A stretch of DNA of 51,258 nucleotides, taken from a virus (Duplodnaviria; Caudoviricetes). Positions 8,684-17,070 of this stretch are shown one piece after another. The first letter of the stretch is position 1; every line of letters starts with the position of its first letter. The DNA is taken from positions 1 to 51,258 of the IMG/VR virus record IMGVR_UViG_3300037762_000162; one strand, written 5' to 3'. Under the pieces are notes generated by a model. That model made no database searches, had not been told where the DNA came from, and saw only the letters and a program-made list of their open reading frames with translations. The translations under genes were made by a program, and so were the position numbers.

Positions 8684-8875
8684 TCAGCTGCCCGAGCCTT
8701 GCCCGTTGTGGCAGGCGGCAGGGCGGTCGGCGTTGGCACCGGTGCATTGGCCGGACGAGCCGCCACCGTTGGCGCTGCCGCCGTTGGTGGGTGCTTCGGG
8801 GTTGGCGAGCGCGGTGCCGACGCTGCCGAGGACGAAGGCTGCGGTGAGGGTGAGGGTGGCGAGGGTGCGGCGCAT
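8684..8875 (-). CDS. Small secreted Gly/Asn-rich peptide
   Basis: AGGAG RBS; Sec signal peptide ending A-L-A; mature 39 aa with two Cys. Confidence 0.75.
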   Translation of the reverse strand: MRRTLATLTLTAAFVLGSVGTALANPEAPTNGGSANGGGSSGQCTGANADRPAACHNGQGSGS

Positions 8876-8894
8876 GGCTGTCTCCTGACGTGCG

Positions 8895-8922
8895 AAAGCC
8901 CCGACCGAATCATGGCCGGGAC
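8895..8922 (-). terminator. Intrinsic terminator just downstream of the late promoter
   Basis: GTCCCGGCC-ATGATTC-GGTCGGGGC-TTT on - strand. Confidence 0.55.
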
Positions 8923-8938
8923 ATACCTCTGCTGCCGG

Positions 8939-9175
8939 TTAGTGTGACGAGATGGGGGGCGGTTGGTCAACTCCGGCGCGCCGGTCGTGTCGCCCGGTCA
9001 CTGCGAGGATCCTTAGCGGGTTGTACGTCTTCGCCCGTCCACGCTTCCCGGCGGCGGGGATGTGGTGTCTGGCGATGACATGCCGGACGGCTGACGGGGT
9101 GACGCCGAGGTAGGCGGCGAGTTCGGCGACGGTGACGGCGTGCCGGTTCCACGCGGCCGGCAGGGGGTTCGGCAC
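8939..9175 (-). CDS. Helix-turn-helix DNA-binding protein
   Basis: VTVAELAAYLGVTPSAVRHVI...G.RGRAKTY winged-HTH pattern. Confidence 0.7.
   Translation of the reverse strand: MPNPLPAAWNRHAVTVAELAAYLGVTPSAVRHVIARHHIPAAGKRGRAKTYNPLRILAVTGRHDRRAGVDQPPPISSH
8941..8970 (-). promoter_or_regulatory. Putative late promoter
   Basis: TTGACC-18 nt-CACACT on - strand at the early/late boundary. Confidence 0.55.
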
Positions 9176-9193
9176 AGGCGCCGAGCATAACGC

Positions 9194-9376
9194 TCACGAC
9201 AGTTCGCTGGGGTCCTCCCGGTCCGCGCCGATCTCGGCGATGTGATCGACGCAACAGGCCAGGCCTTCATTGTGCGCTGCACAGAACCATCGCCGCATTG
9301 TGACCCGCTCGCGTTCCTGTTCGTGGTCGGCGATAAGCAGTTTCAATCGGCGCAGCAGTTCAGCGTCGTCGACCAT
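9194..9376 (-). CDS. Hypothetical protein
   Basis: MVDDAELLRRLK...; fills the gap between two genes. Confidence 0.5.
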   Translation of the reverse strand: MVDDAELLRRLKLLIADHEQERERVTMRRWFCAAHNEGLACCVDHIAEIGADREDPSELS

Positions 9377-9378
9377 TC

Positions 9379-10017
9379 TCACACCGCCTGTCCGTGTTGC
9401 CGCATAGCCATCCAATAGTCGGCGTCGGTGTAGTTGCGGTGACACCGCCCACACTGCCACTCGAAAGCTCGGCCGTCGTCACGTGGCGGGGGCCGTTCCA
9501 GGCGGCGGTGGCCGCAGGTGATGCACGGCACGGGGGACCGTTGCGGGCTGACCCGGAGGGCGAGCTCGAGCCGGTCGTGCATCCGTGCGATGTCGTCGGC
9601 GAACTCGTCGAAGCAGCAGGCTGGTTCTTGGGCGGCTTTGGCGAGGCGGCGGAGCAGATACAGGGAGCATGCGGTGACGGTGGCGGGGTCGGTGGCGGCG
9701 TCGTCGTGGAAGGTGATCCGCCAGCCGGTGTCCCACCGTTGGAGTAGGCCGAGGACGGAGTCGACGTCGGGGGTGTCGTGCCAGGAGGCGGAGCCGGGGC
9801 CGAGCATGACGAGGATGTCGCCGCCGGGCATGTGCCCGTTGTCGCCGCGGACACCGGAGGGGTCGGGTGGGGTGGAGGCGCCGGCGCGGCCGGCCAGTTC
9901 GTAGGGGAGTAGGGCGTAGAGCTGTTCGACGCGGATGAGGGTGCGGCGTACCCAGCCGACGCACTTGTCGCAGGTTTGGGCGGTGGTGTCGACGTGGGTG
10001 CAGACGATGCACTTCAC
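9379..10017 (-). CDS. Zinc-finger protein, putative late-gene regulator
   Basis: Four CxxC motifs; position at end of early arm just before the late promoter. Confidence 0.65.
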   Translation of the reverse strand: MKCIVCTHVDTTAQTCDKCVGWVRRTLIRVEQLYALLPYELAGRAGASTPPDPSGVRGDNGHMPGGDILVMLGPGSASWHDTPDVDSVLGLLQRWDTGWRITFHDDAATDPATVTACSLYLLRRLAKAAQEPACCFDEFADDIARMHDRLELALRVSPQRSPVPCITCGHRRLERPPPRDDGRAFEWQCGRCHRNYTDADYWMAMRQHGQAV

Positions 10018-10190
10018 GGGATGTCCTCGTCGACCTTGTGGGCGTAGACGTTGATGTCCCAGTCACCCCGGTCGGGATAGTTCTCTTCCCAGTCGTATGC
10101 CGCGTCAGCCACAGCGGTGAAGAGCAGGTCGTGGTGGCCTTCGTCCGTGTCGCCGGGCACCTCGACGCAGATACGCCAAACCTTGCTCAC
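10014..10190 (-). CDS. Small acidic hypothetical protein (58 aa)
   Basis: Hand translation MSKVWRICVEVPGDTDEGHHDLLF...; AGGAGG RBS; GTGA overlaps. Confidence 0.65.
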   Translation of the reverse strand: MSKVWRICVEVPGDTDEGHHDLLFTAVADAAYDWEENYPDRGDWDINVYAHKVDEDIP

Positions 10191-10254
10191 GGCACCTCCT
10201 GGGTGAGCCCGCAGCCGTCGACGGCGCAGGGATACTCGGCGTTGCAGCGGGTGG

Positions 10255-10503
10255 TCACTCGTCCATCCAGGCCATGTGAGTCGGGCAGCGCCACACGTAG
10301 AGCGTGATCCGTCGGGTGATGCGACGCTGAGTGCAACCGCACGGCAATGTCCGGGTGAAGATGGTCATCAGCCAGTGGGGCTTGCTGATCGCCCATTGTT
10401 CGCTGCGGTCGGGTTGCCACGTCTCGTGGATGCTGCCGTCGTCGTTGAGCGTGGACATTGGCGGGTTGCGGATCAGGTGCCACAGGGCGGGGGCAAGCCT
10501 CAC
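10255..10503 (-). CDS. Hypothetical protein
   Basis: Coupled ORF with AGGAGG RBS; CGC...CPTH. Confidence 0.65.
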   Translation of the reverse strand: MRLAPALWHLIRNPPMSTLNDDGSIHETWQPDRSEQWAISKPHWLMTIFTRTLPCGCTQRRITRRITLYVWRCPTHMAWMDE

Positions 10504-10763
10504 GGCGTCGCCTCCTTGCCCTCCAAGGCCACGTAGAGAGCTGGCCGGCCGGTGACCTCCGCCGCCTTCGCTGCTGCTTCCGCACCCGCATCCCGCAGTG
10601 GAACGGTCCCGGCCAGCATCGGGCAGTCGTCCTCGTGGGCGATGTTCAGATGCCAGATGCCGTCGTCTCCGAGGTATGGCTCTGCGACATCAGCGGGGCA
10701 GTCGTGGCATCGGTATGCGCGAGCGTATTCGAGGATGCCAGGCGGCGGCGTGGGTTGGGTCAC
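10500..10763 (-). CDS. Hypothetical zinc-binding protein
   Basis: CHDC...HEDDCP; coupled to neighbours. Confidence 0.7.
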   Translation of the reverse strand: MTQPTPPPGILEYARAYRCHDCPADVAEPYLGDDGIWHLNIAHEDDCPMLAGTVPLRDAGAEAAAKAAEVTGRPALYVALEGKEATP

Positions 10764-10897
10764 GTCGTCTCCTCGGGCTTATCGGCCTCGGACAGTTCGT
10801 CGACGAAGTTGCCGAAGCCCTCGTCCATGTCCTGAGGGGTGAAGACGCGTGCTTCGCCGGTGATGGTCTTCATTCGGGGATCGTCTCCTTTGGTCAT
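10760..10897 (-). CDS. Small hypothetical protein
   Basis: ATGA overlap with primase-helicase stop. Confidence 0.5.
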   Translation of the reverse strand: MTKGDDPRMKTITGEARVFTPQDMDEGFGNFVDELSEADKPEETT

Positions 10898-12948
10898 GTG
10901 CTGCTCCACAAGTCGGGCGGCCTGTGGATGACGGGTACCGAGCACTGGAGTCCGGCTTGTTGGTCGAGTGGTAGGCCACAGTCGGAGCAGCCTCGCGCGG
11001 GGGGGTGCTCTGACTGCTCCCACTGCACCGACTGGACAGACTCGGCAGAAGGGGTACTTGGGATATTAGGGGACATAGAACCCTGTTTTCCTGTCCTAGT
11101 TTGTCCAGTGGGTGCAGTCAGTGCAGTGGGAGCGTCTCCCCTAGACGTTTGCTCCGACTGTGACGCGCGTGCAGATGCACGTGCATCCAGAACGCGGGGG
11201 GAGCCGAACGGCGACACCACCCAATAGGTGACCCGCGGGAATCCTTCGTTCTGGACCGGGATCTTCAACTTCCGGCGGGCACGCTTCACCGCGTCATAGC
11301 TGTGACCCACCTTCGCCGCCGCCGCCCGGATGTCCGCGCTGGACACCCTGGGCCCGTGGACCTCCATGTAGTCGGACAGCCACTCGGCGGCCTCCGTGGT
11401 GGCGGTGCGGTTCTCCGGGTCGTCGCCGGCTCGTCGTAGCGCCTCGGCGATGGTGCCGTCGACGTTGTCGCCCCACACCAGCTGCCCGGTGCTGCCCGGC
11501 CCTTCGTCGGTGTCGTAGTCCCAGCCGGTGATGGTGAACGACATCACCGGCAGGTCGGTGCGGCCGAGGTTGTTCTTCGGGGTGCCGAACAGGCGCCGCG
11601 CCTCGGTCTCGTCGTCGGGGTCCTTGATGACGGTGTGCACCGACCGGGCGACCGCGGTGAACGCCTTGGACGCCATCACCAGTTGTAGCGGATCGCTTGA
11701 GCCGGATTTGTTGTGGTGGATGAGCCCGACGATGGCCATGCCGGTGTGGTCGGCGATGGCGACCATCGGCTCGAGGGCGCGGCGAACGTCGCCGTCGCGG
11801 TGGGTGTCGAGGGCTTCGGAGATCCGCGACATGAGTGGGTCGAGGATGAGCAGCGCGGCCCCGGTGCGTTGCGCGGCCTGGTCGAGGTCGTGGATGTCCC
11901 GCGGCAGTGACAGCCCGAGGGTGATGTCGTCGGCGGCTTTGACTTCGACCCGGTAGACGCGGCTGAGGTCGGCGTCGGCGGCCATCAGCCGGGGGACGAT
12001 GGTGTGTTCCCAGGAGTCTTCAGTGGCGCACACGAGCACAGCCCGGGGTTGGCCGTGGTATTCGCCGGGCAACTGGCCGCGGGTGATCCGGGCGGCGGCC
12101 CAGTAGGCGAGGGTGGATTTGCCGAGCCCTTCGGGGCCGGCGAGCAGGCCGAGGGTGCCCAGGGCGAGCCGTCCGTCCCAGCACCAGCGCACCGGCCGCA
12201 CGGTGATGTCCGCCGCTGCGGTGAGGATGATCCGCCGGGGCGGGTTGGTCTGCTGCACGGGTGGTGTGTCGACCCGTTGGAAGTCGGCGAGCCCGTGCCC
12301 GGCGGCGATGTGGTCGGCGGCGTCCTTGCCGGCTGCGGGCCTGCCGACGGTGACGTCTTGGACGTGTCCGACGAGCTCACCGAGGACGTCGGACAGCCAC
12401 TGCCGACCGCTCTCGTCTTGGTCGGGGATGATGACCAGGTTGGCGCCGTGCAGGGGGCTGAGGTCGCATTTGGTGACGTTGCGGGCGCCCATCGGGGCGG
12501 TGGTGGCGACGGCGCCGAGCCCTTCGAGGGCGTGTACGTCTTTCTCGCCTTCGACCAGCCATACGGTGGTGCCGGCTTTGACGGCCTGCTGTACTTGGGT
12601 GAGGCGGTACAGGTGGGCGGTGCCTTTGGTGTTGCCGGTCTGGTGAAAGTGTTTGGCCGGTGAGCGGTGCACGATGCGGCCGTCGTCGTAGCGGTAGGTG
12701 GCGCCGCGGGGGTCGTCGTAGAGGTCGGCGAGGGTCATGCCGAGGCCGGCCATGATCTGGTCGGCGGGGCAGCCTTGGGACCGGCAGCAGATGAGTACCT
12801 GGCCTTGGATGCCGCGCACGCCGAGGGACGGGTGGGTGTCGTCGTGGCCGGGGCACAGGGCGATCCATTCGCCGCCGACGCGGCGCGGCGGGATGCCGTT
12901 GCGCCGGGCGAGGGCGTCGATGATGCGCTCGAGCGCGGTGCTGCTCAT
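10894..12948 (-). CDS. DNA primase-helicase (Zn finger + TOPRIM + RecA-like AAA domain)
   Basis: CPGHDD.HPSL..C zinc finger; VEGEKD and PDQD TOPRIM motifs; Walker A GPEGLGKS; Walker B LLILDP. Confidence 0.92.
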   Translation of the reverse strand: MSSTALERIIDALARRNGIPPRRVGGEWIALCPGHDDTHPSLGVRGIQGQVLICCRSQGCPADQIMAGLGMTLADLYDDPRGATYRYDDGRIVHRSPAKHFHQTGNTKGTAHLYRLTQVQQAVKAGTTVWLVEGEKDVHALEGLGAVATTAPMGARNVTKCDLSPLHGANLVIIPDQDESGRQWLSDVLGELVGHVQDVTVGRPAAGKDAADHIAAGHGLADFQRVDTPPVQQTNPPRRIILTAAADITVRPVRWCWDGRLALGTLGLLAGPEGLGKSTLAYWAAARITRGQLPGEYHGQPRAVLVCATEDSWEHTIVPRLMAADADLSRVYRVEVKAADDITLGLSLPRDIHDLDQAAQRTGAALLILDPLMSRISEALDTHRDGDVRRALEPMVAIADHTGMAIVGLIHHNKSGSSDPLQLVMASKAFTAVARSVHTVIKDPDDETEARRLFGTPKNNLGRTDLPVMSFTITGWDYDTDEGPGSTGQLVWGDNVDGTIAEALRRAGDDPENRTATTEAAEWLSDYMEVHGPRVSSADIRAAAAKVGHSYDAVKRARRKLKIPVQNEGFPRVTYWVVSPFGSPRVLDARASARASQSEQTSRGDAPTALTAPTGQTRTGKQGSMSPNIPSTPSAESVQSVQWEQSEHPPARGCSDCGLPLDQQAGLQCSVPVIHRPPDLWSST
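11012..11133. repeat. Two inverted arrays of 9-bp repeats around an AT-richer core; candidate replication origin
   Basis: GACTGCTCC/CACTGCACC/GACTGGACA at 11012-11038 and inverted copies at 11102-11128. Confidence 0.6.
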
Positions 12949-13004
12949 GTGCCCCGGCCCGGCTCGAAGTCGGGCGGCCAGCCTGTCTGGGCGGGGCTGA
13001 TTTG

Positions 13005-13223
13005 CTAGTCGGGTTGAGAGGGTCGCCAGTTCAGTTCGCCGTTTCTGTAGGACACGTCGATTTGGCGGGCTTCCCAGAGGTGGACGAGAGCGGCGTGTAC
13101 GTAGAGCTCTTCAAACAGGTCAGCGGCCTGGTCTAGTTCTTCCTTGTTGAGACCTTCCGGTCCGGCTCCTCCGACCACCTGCAAGATGAAGCGCCGCCAC
13201 GTCTCTTCAGGAATGTCAGTCAT
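13005..13223 (-). CDS. Hypothetical protein
   Basis: TGATG-coupled; lower GC than neighbours. Confidence 0.65.
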   Translation of the reverse strand: MTDIPEETWRRFILQVVGGAGPEGLNKEELDQAADLFEELYVHAALVHLWEARQIDVSYRNGELNWRPSQPD

Positions 13224-13696
13224 CAGAACGGGGGCTCGTCGGCCTGCTTAGCGGGGGCGGCGAACGGGTCGGCCGTAGTTCCCGGCTGGCCGGGTTCGAT
13301 CTTCGCCTGGTACAGCTTGCGGCCGTTGCTGCCCGGTTCAATGCCGGTGAACTTGACCTTGAGCACGTCACCGATCTGCAGGACCCGGCCGAGCTCCCGC
13401 TGCGCCTGCGCGATGGCCACGAACTTGGCGTCCTTGGCGTACTTGGTCACCCACAGGGCGTGGGGGCCTTCGTCGGTGTCGAGGCCGATGACGATGGACA
13501 GCTTCGGGTCGCCGGAGTTCTCCCACGTGGCGGGCAGCCCGGTCTTGTAGTCGCGGCCTTGGACGTCGGTGTCGATGTGGGTGACGGTGCCGGACTTGAC
13601 GGTGCCGACGGCGGCCTCCTCGAACGACAGCGACGGCACCTTGGGGCGGATGGCGAACGGGTCGTTGTCCCACGTGGTGGGGGTTGCGGTGGTCAT
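13223..13696 (-). CDS. Putative ssDNA-binding protein
   Basis: Beta-rich OB-like body, acidic DEPPF tail, next to exonuclease. Confidence 0.65.
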   Translation of the reverse strand: MTTATPTTWDNDPFAIRPKVPSLSFEEAAVGTVKSGTVTHIDTDVQGRDYKTGLPATWENSGDPKLSIVIGLDTDEGPHALWVTKYAKDAKFVAIAQAQRELGRVLQIGDVLKVKFTGIEPGSNGRKLYQAKIEPGQPGTTADPFAAPAKQADEPPF

Positions 13697-13729
13697 GCCG
13701 GTTGTCCCTTCTTCTGGGGGCTGTGGCGA

Positions 13730-14704
13730 TCACCTGACGGGTGTCAGGTGGGTCTGTGCGCCCTGTAGGCGGGCTTTCGCAGCCTGGGTGGCTGCCGGGG
13801 TCCAGTGCTCCTGGTGGGCGTGCCAGAGGGCGGAGAACGCTTCACTGGTGGGTTCGGTGTTGGCGATGGCTTCGAACAGGTCGAACGCGCCCGGTGGGGT
13901 TGCCATGAGGGCGCCGGCGGATTGGCCGCGTTCGGTCCAGATCAGGTCACACAGCCCGATGCCGTACTGGCCGCGTTCGAGGTCGGCCCAGTGGATGGAC
14001 GCCTCACCTTTCCCGGCGGGGATGTGGACGATCAGGCCACGTTTCTGGTCGACGTCGAGGTCGGTGCGTTCCCCGGTGGCGGGGTCGTACCGTTTGCCGG
14101 TGGCGTAGGCGGCGAGTTGGCGTTCCATCTTCGCCCCGCCGTACAGGGACCCGGTTTTGATGTCCCCGACGTACCGGTGCCCGTCGTATTCGTAGATGCG
14201 GTCGAAGGTGCCGGCCACTTTCAGGTCGTCGAGGACGACGAACACCTCGATCTCCCGGACGGTGAGCCGCTCTGTGATGAGGAGTTGGCGGTAGGCGTCG
14301 ATGTCGGGTTTGGCTGATGGTGGGATGAGGGGGTCTTGGCCGTTGTCGATTTGTTCGGTGAGGGCGTGGACGGCGGTGCCGATGCGGGACGCTTGGGTGT
14401 CGCCGGCGTGTTCGCGGGCCGTGTCGGCGACCTTGTTGAGCTTCTGCTTGTTGCCTTCGGGGTCGTTGGCGAGGCTGGCGGCCTCCATGACGAGGTCGTG
14501 CCGTCTGGCCATCCCGATGGTGACCATCCGCTGTTTCCACTGTTCGATCAGGAACCGGTCCTCGAGGACGTCGATGAAGGTGGTGACCCGCCGGTAGGTG
14601 ATCTCCCGGCCGGTTTCGGGGTGTTTGACGTAGGGGCGGCCGTTGTCGTCGCGGCGGATCTCCGGTTTGCCCGATGTGAGCGAGAAGTAATCGACGGTGG
14701 TCAC
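13730..14704 (-). CDS. PD-(D/E)xK exonuclease (RecE/Cas4-like)
   Basis: RVTT...GTAVH..TE...E...AGTFDRI...GDIKTG...QLAAY; GTG start at 14704. Confidence 0.88.
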   Translation of the reverse strand: MTTVDYFSLTSGKPEIRRDDNGRPYVKHPETGREITYRRVTTFIDVLEDRFLIEQWKQRMVTIGMARRHDLVMEAASLANDPEGNKQKLNKVADTAREHAGDTQASRIGTAVHALTEQIDNGQDPLIPPSAKPDIDAYRQLLITERLTVREIEVFVVLDDLKVAGTFDRIYEYDGHRYVGDIKTGSLYGGAKMERQLAAYATGKRYDPATGERTDLDVDQKRGLIVHIPAGKGEASIHWADLERGQYGIGLCDLIWTERGQSAGALMATPPGAFDLFEAIANTEPTSEAFSALWHAHQEHWTPAATQAAKARLQGAQTHLTPVR

Positions 14705-14904
14705 AACGGTTCCCCCTGCTTCTGTCGCCGCTCGAGGTCTTCGTGGTATGCGGCCTCGGCTTCGTATTCGGCTTGCCAGTCCTCGGCGGTGTATCCGGCG
14801 TAGACCTCGTCCCAATAGCGGCATTCGCCGCACATCAAGTAGTTCTGCCGCCCGGTGCGTTTGCGATTCCGGGTCGGCTCGTGGCAGAGCTCGCAATAGT
14901 TCAC
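14701..14904 (-). CDS. Small zinc-finger protein
   Basis: CELC...CGEC; coupled. Confidence 0.65.
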   Translation of the reverse strand: MNYCELCHEPTRNRKRTGRQNYLMCGECRYWDEVYAGYTAEDWQAEYEAEAAYHEDLERRQKQGEPL

Positions 14905-15098
14905 GGCTGCTCCATGGGTGGGACGAGGTCACGGACGGTGGCGATGTGGGGGCAGCGGCTGTGCCCGCAGGTGGCGCAGAACCAGCCCTCCCCGGTCAGG
15001 TAGCCGATGCGGTGCGGGCCGCCTTTGTGGGGGATGAGTTCGGCGTCGATGACGCCGCGACGCGGGTCGACCAGGCGGATGAGCAGACGGTCAGCCAT
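14901..15098 (-). CDS. Small SWIM-like zinc-binding protein
   Basis: WFCATC....CPHI. Confidence 0.6.
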   Translation of the reverse strand: MADRLLIRLVDPRRGVIDAELIPHKGGPHRIGYLTGEGWFCATCGHSRCPHIATVRDLVPPMEQP

Positions 15099-15469
15099 CA
15101 CGACCACCCCGTAACCGCGTCGTCGAGGGCGCGTTGCCGCCAGTTCTGGGCTTCCTCGGCCTCGAGTCGCCGTTCTTGCCGCTCCTTCTCCACCTCGGCG
15201 CGTCGCTGCCGCTGCGCCCAGATCGGGTCGCGTTGCTCCGGGTCGAGGCCGCCCCAGATGCCGTGGTGGTCGTCGAGGTGGACGGCCCAGGCCACGCATT
15301 GGATGGCGTGTTCGCAGCGCCGGCAGATGTCCTTAGCGGTCTGGCCGTCCGGATTCCTGAGCAGCGGACTGGAGGAGCTGAACGGGTACCACATTTCAGG
15401 ATCTTCACCGCGACACGCGGCGTGCTGCCAAGTGGGCGGGCCGGTCAACGGGACGTAGGCGTCGGTCAT
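15098..15469 (-). CDS. whiB: WhiB family transcription factor
   Basis: WQHAAC...AKDICRRC.....C...GIWGG. Confidence 0.95.
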   Translation of the reverse strand: MTDAYVPLTGPPTWQHAACRGEDPEMWYPFSSSSPLLRNPDGQTAKDICRRCEHAIQCVAWAVHLDDHHGIWGGLDPEQRDPIWAQRQRRAEVEKERQERRLEAEEAQNWRQRALDDAVTGWS

Positions 15470-15711
15470 GGCCCACCGCCACGACCGCGGGCGATCTCGG
15501 CGGCTCGCCACCAGATCCCGTCAGCGAACGACTCAATACGGCCGGGGTGATCGCCTAGCTGGTCGAGTTCGGCGGCGATACGTTCCCGCACCTGCCGCTC
15601 AATCAACGGAGCGACAGCTTTGGTTGAGTCGCTGCACCACATGCAGACCGCTGAGCAACTATGAACGTAGCGGGCCATCTTGATGGCTTCGGTCAGGTCG
15701 AGGTCGGTCAT
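15466..15711 (-). CDS. Hypothetical protein
   Basis: ATGA-coupled ORF. Confidence 0.65.
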   Translation of the reverse strand: MTDLDLTEAIKMARYVHSCSAVCMWCSDSTKAVAPLIERQVRERIAAELDQLGDHPGRIESFADGIWWRAAEIARGRGGGP

Positions 15712-15908
15712 GGCGTCACGTCTTCCAGTGGCAGCGGCTTCTGTTTGATGTTGGGGTGCCGGTCATGGACGGCTTGAATCTCGGGGTCGCGTTCGACCAG
15801 CGGCGCGGCCTTCCGCTTGCGCTCGGCCTGTTTGGCGTGGGTGTCGCACAAGCCGCGGGGGATGGTCACGTCGCGCTTGCGGCCGTCGTGGGCGCAGGGG
15901 AAGCTCAT
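15708..15908 (-). CDS. Hypothetical protein
   Basis: MSFPCAHDG...GLCDTH; ATGA-coupled. Confidence 0.65.
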   Translation of the reverse strand: MSFPCAHDGRKRDVTIPRGLCDTHAKQAERKRKAAPLVERDPEIQAVHDRHPNIKQKPLPLEDVTP

Positions 15909-16294
15909 GGCGCAACCTCGTCGGGCGTCCATGGCTGCCAGTCCTTCGGCCCTGGCCCGGTGAGCCGCCGGTAGGCGATGGGCTGGCGGGGTTTCGGCTG
16001 GTAGGCGACCAGGGGGACGGCGCGGGCGATGTGGGCGTAGCGGATGAGCTCGGTCCGTTCGGCGGGTGGGATGGTGCCGTTGGTGCGCTTGGCCTGCACG
16101 AACAGCATGTGAGTGGTGCTGGTGGACGCGTCCCAGGCGAAGCGGTAGGTGTTGGGTCCGTCGGGGATCTCCTTGAATGCGACGAGGTCGACGGCGCCCT
16201 TCGACCCGGCGGAGCGGATGACGGTGTACCCGTCGGCGCGTAGCGCGTCGCGGACTTTCCACTCGAACCGGCGGCCGGCCGTGCCCTGGGTCAT
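15905..16294 (-). CDS. Holliday junction resolvase (Hjc-type PD-(D/E)xK)
   Basis: G.RFE..V...L...GY.V.RSAGSKGAVDLVA...FVQAK. Confidence 0.85.
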   Translation of the reverse strand: MTQGTAGRRFEWKVRDALRADGYTVIRSAGSKGAVDLVAFKEIPDGPNTYRFAWDASTSTTHMLFVQAKRTNGTIPPAERTELIRYAHIARAVPLVAYQPKPRQPIAYRRLTGPGPKDWQPWTPDEVAP

Positions 16295-16572
16295 GGCCGC
16301 CGCCTCTTGCGTGCCATGGCGCCGAGTCCGTCGCCGGGTTGCTTCTCCCGGGTCGGCTGGTAGCCGGGCCACACGTCGACGGCTGCGGTGGTGCGGATGC
16401 GGCGTTCGCGGCGGCGGAGGGGTCGCTGTTCGGCGGGCAGGTCGTACGGCGCCGGTGTGCGGCCGGTGTGGTCGCAGGTGTAGTGCCCGGCGGGGGTGGG
16501 CGCCATCGGGTCGCCGCAGCCGGGGCAGGCGGGTGCCGGGGTGGACGTCGCCTGGTGTGCGCCGTGGGTCAT
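16291..16572 (-). CDS. Hypothetical protein with CxxC
   Basis: ATGA-coupled; CPGC...CDH. Confidence 0.55.
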   Translation of the reverse strand: MTHGAHQATSTPAPACPGCGDPMAPTPAGHYTCDHTGRTPAPYDLPAEQRPLRRRERRIRTTAAVDVWPGYQPTREKQPGDGLGAMARKRRRP

Positions 16573-17033
16573 GGCCGCTCACCTGCCGGCTCGGGCTCGG
16601 CTTCCACGATCTCGGCGGCTGTCTCAAAGGCGGCTGCGCGGGCACTGTTGCCGGCGGCTTCGGCCAGTAGGCTGCATGTCCGCAAGGCGGCGGCCATGCG
16701 TTCCCGTTCAGTCCGGCGTGCCGCAGCGACCACCTGATCGGCCTGCCGCCAATCCCGACAGATTCGTTCAGCTCGGCGGATAGCGGCCCGTTTGGTCCAG
16801 CCTCGGCCCGCGCTGTGCTGGTGGCCGCCGTGTTCGGCTAGGTAGCCGTTGAAGGCACTGCGGACGGCGCGCCAGTTGTGTTTGGCGGCTTGGCCACGGA
16901 TGTATCCCCATTCGTGGCGCAGCGAGCCGCCGGTCGGCGCTGGAAGGTGGAGGCGTTTCGCTCGGATTGTCAGGAGGAGGGCCTCGAGCACTCCCACCGG
17001 GTAGACGTTGAGCGGCTGGTCGGTGAAGTTCAT
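16569..17033 (-). CDS. Hypothetical protein
   Basis: ATGA-coupled ORF. Confidence 0.65.
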   Translation of the reverse strand: MNFTDQPLNVYPVGVLEALLLTIRAKRLHLPAPTGGSLRHEWGYIRGQAAKHNWRAVRSAFNGYLAEHGGHQHSAGRGWTKRAAIRRAERICRDWRQADQVVAAARRTERERMAAALRTCSLLAEAAGNSARAAAFETAAEIVEAEPEPAGERP

Positions 17034-17070
17034 GTCGGCCTCACGGGGTGCAGGTTGTGCGCCGGGGCGG

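Noticed and set aside
13730-14704. CRISPR-associated Cas4
   Set aside because: No CRISPR array or other cas genes; context next to SSB fits a phage recombination exonuclease
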